The translations under genes were made by a program, and so were the position numbers. Below are positions 7,526 to 15,356 of a stretch of 32,000 nucleotides of DNA, one piece after another (positions within the stretch are counted from its first letter, which is position 1; each line of letters opens with the position of its first letter). The stretch covers positions 1,920,001 to 1,952,000 of the forward strand of contig NC_011979.1 of NCBI RefSeq assembly GCF_000022265.1. Direction: 5' to 3'. The notes beneath the pieces were generated by a model. That model was not told the origin of the DNA. It saw only the letters and a list, made by a program, of their open reading frames with translations, and searched no databases. This DNA is from Geotalea daltonii FRC-32 (GTDB lineage Bacteria > Desulfobacterota > Desulfuromonadia > Geobacterales > Geobacteraceae).

Positions 7526-9949
7526 ATGAATTCTTCAATGGGCAAAATTCGGCCATCCTTGGCTAAGATGTTGGCAGAGGCAATGAATGGCTGCACCGGC
7601 TGCGGCGTCTGCGTTCGGGAATGCGCCTACCTGAAACTGTACGGCACTCCCCGTGACATTGCCGGCTCCTATGATCCGGTGGACTCCAAAAACAGCAGCA
7701 TCTGCTTTGAATGCAGTCTCTGTGGCCTTTGTACGGCTGTATGTCCGGAGGGAGTAGATCCGCAAAAACTATTTCTTGAGATGCGACGCGAGGCGGTGGA
7801 TCGAGGCAAAGGTTCATTTCCTGAACACAAGGGGCTCCTGGCATACGAGCGGACCGGCATGTCGCGGCGTTTCACCTGGTACGGCCTGCCCGAGGGGTGT
7901 ACGACCGTATTTTTCCCGGGTTGCGCTTTGCCGGGAACAAGGCCTGCTGCAACCATGGCGGTCTATGAAAAACTCAAGGAGTCGGTTCCTGCCCTTGGGC
8001 TGGTAATGGACTGCTGCGCAAAGCCTTCCCACGATTTGGGCCGGGAGCAGTTTTTTCAGCAGATGTTCAATGAAATGACCGATTGGTTTAAATCCCACGG
8101 CGTGCAGCGGGTCCTGGTTGCCTGTCCCAACTGTTACAAGGTCTTTTCCGACTATGCGCCCCAGTTTGAGACAAAGACCGTTTATGAACTGCTGGCCGAG
8201 ATCACCCCCGAAAGGATCAGCGATGCCCCTGCTGTGCCGGTGACCATCCATGACCCGTGCGTGATCCGCTTTGACGAAGCGCCGCAGGGGGCAGTGCGCA
8301 CGCTGATTGCAACAGCCGGCCACAGTATTGAAGAGATGCCGCATGCCAGAAAGACTGCCTTGTGCTGCGGTGAGGGGGGAACGGTCAGTCCGCTGGCCCC
8401 GGATCTGGCGGGCAGCTGGGGAGCGCTGCGTGTGGATGAAGCTGCCGGGAGGCGGCTTGTAACCTATTGTGCCGGATGCGCCAACCACCTGGGAAAGAAG
8501 CTGCCGGTAACCCATGTCCTGGATATGCTCTGCTACACTCCCAAGCCATCTTCGGGGCTGATTACCTATGTGAATCGACTGCGTCTCAAATCCCGATTCA
8601 AGGGTACCGTGCCCGCGGCGGTAACGAGGGAGCGGGTTAATCCCAACGCCTCCCGAAGCGGAAAGCTCCGGCCTCTTTTGTTCCTGGCTGCCCTGGCGGC
8701 GGTAATTATCCTGGTCCGGGTGGGTGGGGCAAGCCAATATCTGGAGCCGGAAAAACTGCGGACATTGTTTGCCGGCTTCGGGGTGGTCGCACCACTCGTC
8801 TACATCGCCTGCTACATCGTCGCTCCTGCACTGATGTTCCCCGGCCTGCCCCTCAGTATTGCCGGGGCTACGGTATTCGGGCCATTCTGGGGTGTCGTCT
8901 ATACGATCATCGGCGCCACCTTGGGCGCCTGCGCTGCATTCCTCATCGCCCGTTACGCCGCGCGGGACTGGGTAGAGCGCCGTCTGGTCGGCTCCCGCTG
9001 GAACAAACTGGACGACGAAACCGGGAAGAACGGCTGGAAAGCGGTGGCGGTTACCCGGCTGATTCCGTTGTTCCCCTTCAACCTACTCAATTTTGCCTTC
9101 GGTCTCACCCAAATATCCTTCCTCCAATATGCCGTGGCGACCTTTATCTTCATGCTGCCCGGCACCATTGCCTATATTACCTTTTCCAGTTCATTGCTCG
9201 GGGTATTGAAGGGGAGGGTGTCGCGGGAGTTTTTCATCGGCATTGGTTTGCTGGTGGCGGTCTCGCTGATTCCCAAGGTCGCTGCATGGTACAAAGGTCG
9301 ATCTCTTCAGGCGCCTCGGCCGGCGGTGCCCTGGAACCTGCGGAGAAGCCTGCAAAGAAAGGCGGCCGTTCTTGCCGTGCTCTGTTTATTGTCTGCCGGT
9401 ACGTACACCCTGATCCGGAAATTTTTCTGGGCGCTGGACGCCTATCTGTACACCATCGAGTTCAACCTGCTCTTTGTGGCAAGCCGTTTACAGGATGCAG
9501 AGCTTGCCCGCTTTGTAGAATACCTCGTGCCCATGTCCGGGATGCGGGCCGCAGGAATTGCGCTGGCTTGTCAGGCCATGGCGGCATTTGCTTTCCCGTT
9601 CTCGTCGTTAAGGACCGACGTGGCCTTTACTTCGGCATTCGGCACATGGACCGGCATGGCTTATTTTGCCGGAGCTGACCTGCTGGTGACCGGAGTTGCC
9701 GCTTCGATCGGCAGGTTTATCCTGGGGGACCTGTTGCCGATGTACTACCGGCGCAAGGGAAAGGATACACTGTCTCCGGCGCCCATCTGGATAGGGTGGG
9801 CTGCGGCGGCACTTTTGGCCGTTCCCGGTATTCCGTTAGTGCTGGGCGCTTTGGTCGTCGGCGGATTTCGTCTACATCCCGGCCGCTCGCTTGCAGTCAT
9901 GGCGGCCGGGGTTGCCGTAAGAGCACTGGCTCTGCTGCTGACAAGATAG
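7526..9949 (+). CDS. Fusion protein: HdrD/GlpC-like Fe-S oxidoreductase (2x[4Fe-4S] plus 2 CCG domains) fused to tandem DedA/TVP38 (VTT) membrane domains
   Basis: The start is set at ATG 7526, behind an AGGAGG RBS; the ORF track starts at 7484. Ferredoxin motifs are CTGCGVCVRECAY and CFECSLCGLCTAVCPEG. CCG-type motifs are FFPGCALPG..DCCAKP..CPNCYK and DPCVIRF..LCCGEGG..YCAGCANH. About 430 aa of multi-pass membrane sequence follow, with the TVP38/DedA signature (FPGLPLSIAGATVFGPFWGVVYTIIGATLGACAAFLIARY..RLIPLFPFNLLNFAFG). A second, degenerate copy follows (FPFSSLRTDVAFTSAFGTWTGMAYFAGADLLVTGVAASIGRF). Confidence 0.75.
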   Translation: MNSSMGKIRPSLAKMLAEAMNGCTGCGVCVRECAYLKLYGTPRDIAGSYDPVDSKNSSICFECSLCGLCTAVCPEGVDPQKLFLEMRREAVDRGKGSFPEHKGLLAYERTGMSRRFTWYGLPEGCTTVFFPGCALPGTRPAATMAVYEKLKESVPALGLVMDCCAKPSHDLGREQFFQQMFNEMTDWFKSHGVQRVLVACPNCYKVFSDYAPQFETKTVYELLAEITPERISDAPAVPVTIHDPCVIRFDEAPQGAVRTLIATAGHSIEEMPHARKTALCCGEGGTVSPLAPDLAGSWGALRVDEAAGRRLVTYCAGCANHLGKKLPVTHVLDMLCYTPKPSSGLITYVNRLRLKSRFKGTVPAAVTRERVNPNASRSGKLRPLLFLAALAAVIILVRVGGASQYLEPEKLRTLFAGFGVVAPLVYIACYIVAPALMFPGLPLSIAGATVFGPFWGVVYTIIGATLGACAAFLIARYAARDWVERRLVGSRWNKLDDETGKNGWKAVAVTRLIPLFPFNLLNFAFGLTQISFLQYAVATFIFMLPGTIAYITFSSSLLGVLKGRVSREFFIGIGLLVAVSLIPKVAAWYKGRSLQAPRPAVPWNLRRSLQRKAAVLAVLCLLSAGTYTLIRKFFWALDAYLYTIEFNLLFVASRLQDAELARFVEYLVPMSGMRAAGIALACQAMAAFAFPFSSLRTDVAFTSAFGTWTGMAYFAGADLLVTGVAASIGRFILGDLLPMYYRRKGKDTLSPAPIWIGWAAAALLAVPGIPLVLGALVVGGFRLHPGRSLAVMAAGVAVRALALLLTR

Positions 9950-9975
9950 AAAATCAAAATTACAGGAGGTTTCAC

Positions 9976-10704
9976 ATGTACCGATTGGCTTTGCGTATTA
10001 CACTGCTTGCTTCGTTGATTCTTTCTTTTGCCCTTTCGGCGAGCGCAGCAAAGCAGAAGCCGGCTGCCGTAAAAACAGACAAGTATGGGAGCGATACCCT
10101 GACCACCAATGGCCGGACACGGGAGGTCAGGGTGACCGCAACGGTCGTTAAAGACTGCTCCCAGCCCTCGGTATGCGACTGGGGCCGGCGTTTCCAGGGT
10201 TTCTTCGGCAGCAAGGACGGGAAAATGGCCCCTTTTTTCATTTTTTCCACCGAAGTACATCGTGCTGCACTGGATAAGGCGATTAAATCGGTAGGTATCA
10301 AGTCGCGACGCCAGATTCCCATGACGGAAGTGAAACAGCGTTCAGGGTTGAAGTCGACCACGCAGATGGACGATTACCTGGACGGCGATCCGATACTGGT
10401 TTCGGTTCGCTGGAAGCAGGACGGCAAAATGGTGGAACGGGCTATGGAAGAGTTGATCGAAGAAAAGATACTGGTGGACGGCAAGGAGGTCATCAAGCCC
10501 TACACCCCTCATTTCGTATACCATGGAACCGCTGAGGCCATCAACTTTGCCTCCGGGTGTATTGTCTGCCCATCGGGTTGCAATGGCGGAGTTATTGCCG
10601 ACAACTCGGTTCCCCTCAAGGAGACGAAAAACTATTACCGCTTTAACTGGAAGAAGATGCCCCATCCGGGGACAAAGGTGGAAATCGTCCTGAAATCGGT
10701 ATAG
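9976..10704 (+). CDS. Exported protein of unknown function with a C-terminal CxxCxxxC motif (possibly YdjY-like)
   Basis: The start is set at ATG 9976, behind an AGGAGG RBS. The longer track ORF from 9796 overlaps the upstream gene. The signal peptide is MYRLALRITLLASLILSFALSASA. The Cys motif is SGCIVCPSGCNGG. The YdjY resemblance is from memory only. Confidence 0.6.
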   Translation: MYRLALRITLLASLILSFALSASAAKQKPAAVKTDKYGSDTLTTNGRTREVRVTATVVKDCSQPSVCDWGRRFQGFFGSKDGKMAPFFIFSTEVHRAALDKAIKSVGIKSRRQIPMTEVKQRSGLKSTTQMDDYLDGDPILVSVRWKQDGKMVERAMEELIEEKILVDGKEVIKPYTPHFVYHGTAEAINFASGCIVCPSGCNGGVIADNSVPLKETKNYYRFNWKKMPHPGTKVEIVLKSV

Positions 10705-10756
10705 GTTCAGATTAGCAGATGGAGAAACTTCGGCACGATTGACCGCTGGAACAGAT

Positions 10757-10798
10757 AGGGCTCCTCTTGGTGTTTTTCAACAATCCGGCAGGAGCCCT
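10757..10798. terminator. Hairpin in a convergent intergenic region (possible bidirectional terminator)
   Basis: AGGGCTCCT-(24 nt)-AGGAGCCCT forms a 9-bp stem followed by a TTTTT-containing tract. The large loop lowers confidence. Confidence 0.3.
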
Positions 10799-10852
10799 TA
10801 AGAATTTTTGCTGCAAGATGCCGTGTGGCCGGGATTCAGTCGCAATAACAGG

Positions 10853-11545
10853 CTAGCCTGCTGCGGCAATGAAGCTTGTCAGGGCTGCCTTTGCCTCCGG
10901 GGAGAGATCGAGGAATTCGACACCGAAGCCCTCGGGCAGGCTCTTTTTCTTGCGGGCGCTGGATGTGTTGAGCCAGGCCACCCGGCCCTTGGCCTGGATG
11001 ATGGCGCCATCGCCGGGAAGGGCAAAGATGATGCTCAAGACGGCATTGGCTTCCATATTGTAATCGGCGGCTATGTATGCGCCATGGTTGCTGATATCGC
11101 AAATTTCACCGGAGAGGCTGACGCTGAATACGGTGAATCTGACTTTCGTGCTGCAGCGCAGCCTATCTTCACGGCGGTCGATCTGGGGAAGGTAGGTGCG
11201 GGCCAATTCCAGGTAGTCGTTACGATCAAGCGGTTTGGTAAGGAAACTGTCGCAGCCTGCCTTCCTGCACAGAATTTCATCGTCCGGTTTTCCCACAGAG
11301 GTGATCAACACCACCGTGGTGGAGCGCAAGGCGGCGTCGGCCTTGATGGCGGTGCAACATTCTGCCCCCCCCATGTTCGGCATATGCAGGTCCATGAAGA
11401 CCACGTCGGGGCGCTTGGCGCGAGTGATCGCCAGGGCCTCTGCCCCATCCCTTGCCGTCAGGATAGTGACCGACGAACGTTGAAGGAACCCTTTCTGGAT
11501 TTCCAGGAACATGTTGACGTCATCCACCAGCAGGACCTTTGCCAT
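10853..11545 (-). CDS. Response regulator with a REC domain fused to a PilZ (c-di-GMP-binding) domain
   Basis: The REC domain reads VLLVDDV..VVFMDLHMPNMGG..TKP. The PilZ motifs are RxxxR (RREDR) and D-x-S-x-x-G (DISNHG). Confidence 0.85.
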   Translation of the reverse strand: MAKVLLVDDVNMFLEIQKGFLQRSSVTILTARDGAEALAITRAKRPDVVFMDLHMPNMGGAECCTAIKADAALRSTTVVLITSVGKPDDEILCRKAGCDSFLTKPLDRNDYLELARTYLPQIDRREDRLRCSTKVRFTVFSVSLSGEICDISNHGAYIAADYNMEANAVLSIIFALPGDGAIIQAKGRVAWLNTSSARKKKSLPEGFGVEFLDLSPEAKAALTSFIAAAG

Positions 11546-11560
11546 GTTGTTTCTCCCGTC

Positions 11561-12859
11561 CTAAACAGTCGCCAGCCGTTTGGCGATTACATCGTGGTTC
11601 AACCAGACAACGGGTGCATCGGGCATCCAGGAAAAGTCGAACATCAGCCTTCCTACTCCCCGGAAAACCTCCTGGGAGAGGACCGCGCAGACGATTTCTT
11701 TGGGGTTTCTGTTCATGGCGATCAATTTGGCGGAGCTGTTCAGCATCAACTCTTGCAGGGGGAGGCTATTGTGCTGGGGCCAGCTGCTGAGATCGCGGCC
11801 GGCAACGGTTAACGGATCGGTCAGGTAGTCATGGGCGGTGGTGAGCAGGTCGTCGATGGTTATGCCATCGGCAAGGAGGGCGAGGCATGCGGTCCTGATG
11901 CCATCGGCTGCGGGGCCGGGCGCTTCTTTCTCCAATGCCGCCAGCAGCATGTAGAGCGAGTTTTCAACGCCGAGGAAAAGGGCGCTGGAATTGGTCAGGA
12001 TTTCGGGGCAGTTGAAGACGGTGGCCTTGATCCCAGACTTCCATGCTTCTTCGGCAATCTCTTCCAGTCTTATCTTTGCCCAGCCTTGCAGGTAGGGGGT
12101 GTATGACTGCCAGGTGTAGTTGCCATCGATAAGAACCTCGCAGCCATGGTAGCCGTAAGCCGTGTAGCGCCCATTGATCTTGTCCCTGAGACCGGCGGTG
12201 GCATCGATCAGGTAGCGGAAGGTGTCGCCGGTGACATCATCGAAGCTTATCTTGCACAGCTTGCCCAGATCGGATTTCCAGAAGGTCTCCGATGGGAGGA
12301 AGCGCTCTCCCTGCCCCTTGAAAACGCGGTTGAGAAGGGGCATGAAAATACGGGCTCTTGGTATGCCTCCTGCCATGGTGTGGGCAAATATTACATTGGC
12401 TCCTGAGGGAAGTAGCCGGGCAAGCTCGTCGGCAACAAGCCCCAGGTTGGCTTTGAAACGACGGGCACCCTGCTGGCGTGCCTGCTCGATTTGGTTCCAA
12501 TCAAAACTCACCTTCTCCCAATCGTCAGGCTTCACCCCCTTGAGCTGGTCAGCAATTGATCGGCCATCAGGGCCGCATGGCTCCATATCGAAACCCGCCT
12601 CCAGGGGGATATTTATGATCTTGCCGCCGATGTTTGCTTCAGCCTCGGCAAGTTCCTCACCGTTCAACGAACGCAGGGTGCCGTCACCGTCGCGTCTGCC
12701 CACGGTTGTGCCGATAATTGTCATCCCGGCCTTCCGTGCCTCGTCGACAATGCCGTTGGCGTAGCCCCGGCCGAACAGTTCGCCGCAGAGGACCAGCACG
12801 TCCCCTTCCTTGTATTGAGCCGCTGCCGGTACCTGGCGTAGTGCGTGATAAGTAGTCAT
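11561..12859 (-). CDS. Conserved protein of unknown function, with a distant FabV/trans-2-enoyl-CoA-reductase-like pattern
   Basis: The 432-aa ORF has clean coding statistics. Colinear resemblance to remembered FabV/TER blocks: VLVLCGELFGRGYANG against VLVxGxSxGYG, VIFAHTMAGGIPRAR against VVYSLASPVR, TAYGYHGCE against VAYSYIGTE, and a Y-x8-K (YTPYLQGWAK). The glycine-rich nucleotide motif is not intact. Confidence 0.35.
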   Translation of the reverse strand: MTTYHALRQVPAAAQYKEGDVLVLCGELFGRGYANGIVDEARKAGMTIIGTTVGRRDGDGTLRSLNGEELAEAEANIGGKIINIPLEAGFDMEPCGPDGRSIADQLKGVKPDDWEKVSFDWNQIEQARQQGARRFKANLGLVADELARLLPSGANVIFAHTMAGGIPRARIFMPLLNRVFKGQGERFLPSETFWKSDLGKLCKISFDDVTGDTFRYLIDATAGLRDKINGRYTAYGYHGCEVLIDGNYTWQSYTPYLQGWAKIRLEEIAEEAWKSGIKATVFNCPEILTNSSALFLGVENSLYMLLAALEKEAPGPAADGIRTACLALLADGITIDDLLTTAHDYLTDPLTVAGRDLSSWPQHNSLPLQELMLNSSAKLIAMNRNPKEIVCAVLSQEVFRGVGRLMFDFSWMPDAPVVWLNHDVIAKRLATV

Positions 12860-12896
12860 ATCTACAATATTCCTTTCGTAAGTAACTGGTGTGAGA

Positions 12897-14276
12897 TCAG
12901 AAATCTTCCCGTTTGCTCAAATTCTCGAACCTGGTGTGTTCGCCGAGGAAGGCGAGATCGACAATACCGATGGGGCCGTTCCTCTGTTTGCCGATGATGA
13001 TCTCCGCCTTGCCCACATGGCTTTCTTCACAGGTTTGCTCCTTGTTCTTGCATTTCTCGCAGTAGACCGACTCCCGGTAGACGAACATGATAATGTCGGC
13101 ATCCTGTTCGATAGCGCCCGATTCGCGGAGGTCGCTCATCATGGGCCTTTTGTCGGTGCGGCTTTCCAGACCGCGATTCAGCTGGGAAAGGGCGACCACC
13201 GGCACATCCAGTTCCTTGGCCAGCGCCTTAAGCGATCTGGATATTTCCGAGATCTCCTGCTGGCGGGATTCCGGGTTGGAGCTGCCGCGCATGAGCTGCA
13301 GGTAGTCGACGACGATCAGGCCGATATCATGCTCAGCCTTCATGCGCCGGCATTTGGAACGCATTTCCAGCACCGAGATGGCGGGAGTGTCGTCGATGAA
13401 GATCTTTGCATCATGGAGAGCGCCTGCCGCCTTGATCAGCTTCGGCCAGTCCGTTTCCTGGAAATGGCCGGTGCGCACCCTGCTGGCGTCAACTCTGGAT
13501 TCGGAGCAGAGGAGACGGGTAACCAGCTGCTCCTTGCTCATCTCCAGCGAGAAAACGGCTGCCGGGCATCTGGGATCGCCATGGATGGCTGCGTGCTGGG
13601 CAATGTTCAGGGCAAAGGCAGTCTTGCCCATGGAAGGTCGCCCGGCAATGATTATCAGGTCTCCCCGTTGAAAACCGGCGGTCATGCCGTCAAGGTCTAC
13701 GAACCCGGTGGGAACGCCGGTTACGTGCTCCTTTTTCTCATAGAGCGCCTCCAGGTTCTTTATGGTGTCCTTGAGGATGGCGCCGACCGGATAGAAGGCG
13801 GGGCGCAGCTTGTTCTCGGAGATTTCGAAGATCACCTTCTGGGCGGTGTCCAGCAGTTCTTCCACGTCCACCTTATCCTCGTAACCCTGGCTGACGATCT
13901 CGGTGGCGGCGCTGATAAGCTTGCGGGTGACCCCTTTTTCTTTGACGATCTTGCAGTAATAGGCAATGTTGGCCGCCATGGGGACGTAATCGACCAGGGT
14001 GGCCAGATATGCGCCCCCTCCGGTTTCCTCCAGTTCCCCTCTTTTTTTCAGGATCGAGGTGAGGGTGATGAGGTCGCACGGCTCGTTGCGGTTGTTGAGT
14101 TCGATCATGGCGCGCATGATCTTCCGATGGGATTCGCGGTACAGATCGTCGGGGGTGATGATCTCCAGAGCCCGGTTGATAGCATCGTTATCCACAAGAA
14201 TGCCGCCAAGGATGGACATCTCGGCTTCGAGACTCTGTGGCGGCAGTTTTCTCATATCTGTTGTTTGCATCTGCAT
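12897..14276 (-). CDS. dnaB: Replicative DNA helicase DnaB
   Basis: N-terminal PPQSLEAEMSILGGIL is present. Walker A is GRPSMGKTAFALN. Further DnaB blocks are LIVVDYLQLM, SQLNRGLESR, SDLRESGAIEQDAD and IIIGKQRNGP. The start is uncertain: ATG at 14276, 14270 or 14255, or TTG at 14318. Confidence 0.9.
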   Translation of the reverse strand: MQMQTTDMRKLPPQSLEAEMSILGGILVDNDAINRALEIITPDDLYRESHRKIMRAMIELNNRNEPCDLITLTSILKKRGELEETGGGAYLATLVDYVPMAANIAYYCKIVKEKGVTRKLISAATEIVSQGYEDKVDVEELLDTAQKVIFEISENKLRPAFYPVGAILKDTIKNLEALYEKKEHVTGVPTGFVDLDGMTAGFQRGDLIIIAGRPSMGKTAFALNIAQHAAIHGDPRCPAAVFSLEMSKEQLVTRLLCSESRVDASRVRTGHFQETDWPKLIKAAGALHDAKIFIDDTPAISVLEMRSKCRRMKAEHDIGLIVVDYLQLMRGSSNPESRQQEISEISRSLKALAKELDVPVVALSQLNRGLESRTDKRPMMSDLRESGAIEQDADIIMFVYRESVYCEKCKNKEQTCEESHVGKAEIIIGKQRNGPIGIVDLAFLGEHTRFENLSKREDF

Positions 14277-14341
14277 ATCCGTGGGCAATAAACCCGGTAG
14301 TGAAAATGAACGCGTCAATATACCTTGCTGCCGTTATGGGG

Positions 14342-15082
14342 TCAACAGGAAACCTGCTCCATGAAGTTCAGGGATTTGAGCGGGCGGGTTAGATGACAGG
14401 CGATTGCTGCATCAAGGATGGCGCCTGCCTCTGCCAGCCCATCCGGCGAAAAGTGCACCAGCCCGAACCTGCCCGTTGTCAGGGACCGGATCAGCAGGGA
14501 GAGGGTTTCGGGCGAAACGGGCCGGCCGGTTCTGCCGCATGAGCTGCAGAGGATGCCGGCAAAGGATGGTGAGAAGCGGAGCTGCGGCATGTTGGCCAGG
14601 TCCTGATCGCAAGATGCGCAACGGGCGAGCTCCGGCTGGTAGCCGAGCACCTTCAGCAGATTTGCCTCGAAGAAGCGACGGTCGGAGGGGGCGTGGTCAG
14701 TCAGGTTCAGGTGTTCGAGGTAGGCGGTAAGCAGCCGAAAGAGGCGCGGGTTTTGTTCGCCTTCGCCAACAAGCTGCTCCACCAGTTCGCAGGCATAGGC
14801 AGCGTTGGCTATCTTCGACAGGTCGGCACGGATATGGGGGAAGACGTTGATCACATCCGCACCATTCAGGGTGGAGAGCCCTTCCTTCAGCGTCAGCTGC
14901 AGGCGTAGCCTGGCAAAGGGCTCCAACGCACCCCCAAAACGTTTGCGGCTTTTTTTCGCATTCCTGGCCAGCCCCTTTACTTTGCCGTTTTCCAGTGTAA
15001 AAAGGGTCACGATTTTATCCGCATCTGCGTAATCCAGGACGCCAAGCACCACGGTGTCACACTCTATACTATGCATCGGCAC
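14342..15082 (-). CDS. recO: DNA repair/recombination protein RecO
   Basis: The 246-aa protein has an N-terminal OB-fold pattern ([35 protein letters not shown]). It also has the C-terminal Cys4 zinc motif CASC..CSSC. Confidence 0.85.
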   Translation of the reverse strand: MPMHSIECDTVVLGVLDYADADKIVTLFTLENGKVKGLARNAKKSRKRFGGALEPFARLRLQLTLKEGLSTLNGADVINVFPHIRADLSKIANAAYACELVEQLVGEGEQNPRLFRLLTAYLEHLNLTDHAPSDRRFFEANLLKVLGYQPELARCASCDQDLANMPQLRFSPSFAGILCSSCGRTGRPVSPETLSLLIRSLTTGRFGLVHFSPDGLAEAGAILDAAIACHLTRPLKSLNFMEQVSC

Positions 15083-15356
15083 ACGTTACCATCTTGTCGC
15101 GCCGACAGTCAATCCTGCTCGTTTAAGAAAAAAATAATGATAATCACGGTTGACAGGGAAGAGGGCTTCGTGTTATTTGAAATCTACTTTCAGTTTTAAA
15201 AAAGGTGGGCTGGGGAAGTGTATGTGCTGTTGTATAGTGCAATGGCAACTGTGTATAGATTTATTTAAATCGAGAAAATGAAAATCACAATCAGTGGTCG
15301 AAGGAGGGTTAACGTTGCCACGCGTGAAATGTAATCAAAACAAAAGGAGAAAAGAG

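Noticed and set aside
7814-8737. A 307-aa minus-strand ORF inside the Fe-S/DedA gene
   Set aside because: It is antisense to a region with clear ferredoxin and CCG motifs. Its translation is Arg/Gly/Pro-rich with no domain signature.
9796-9975. An N-terminal extension of ORF 9796..10704
   Set aside because: It would overlap the upstream gene by about 150 nt. ATG 9976 has a strong AGGAGG RBS and begins a textbook signal peptide.
10808-11812. A 334-aa + strand ORF
   Set aside because: It is antisense to the REC-PilZ gene and to the 3' end of the FabV-like gene. It has no motifs.
12891-14291. A 466-aa + strand ORF almost exactly co-extensive with dnaB
   Set aside because: dnaB on the minus strand has every helicase signature. 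A long antisense ORF is a known consequence of codon bias in GC-rich genes, and its translation has no recognisable domain.
12897-14318. Possible intein in DnaB
   Set aside because: The protein length of about 460-473 aa is normal, and the helicase motifs are contiguous. Only a 9-residue Cys-rich insertion is present, and that is reported separately.
15150-15178. A sigma70 promoter for the porin (TTGACA-N17/18-TTATTT/TATTTG)
   Set aside because: The -35 is perfect but the -10 is poor, and it would give a leader of about 175 nt. The evidence is too weak to list as a feature.
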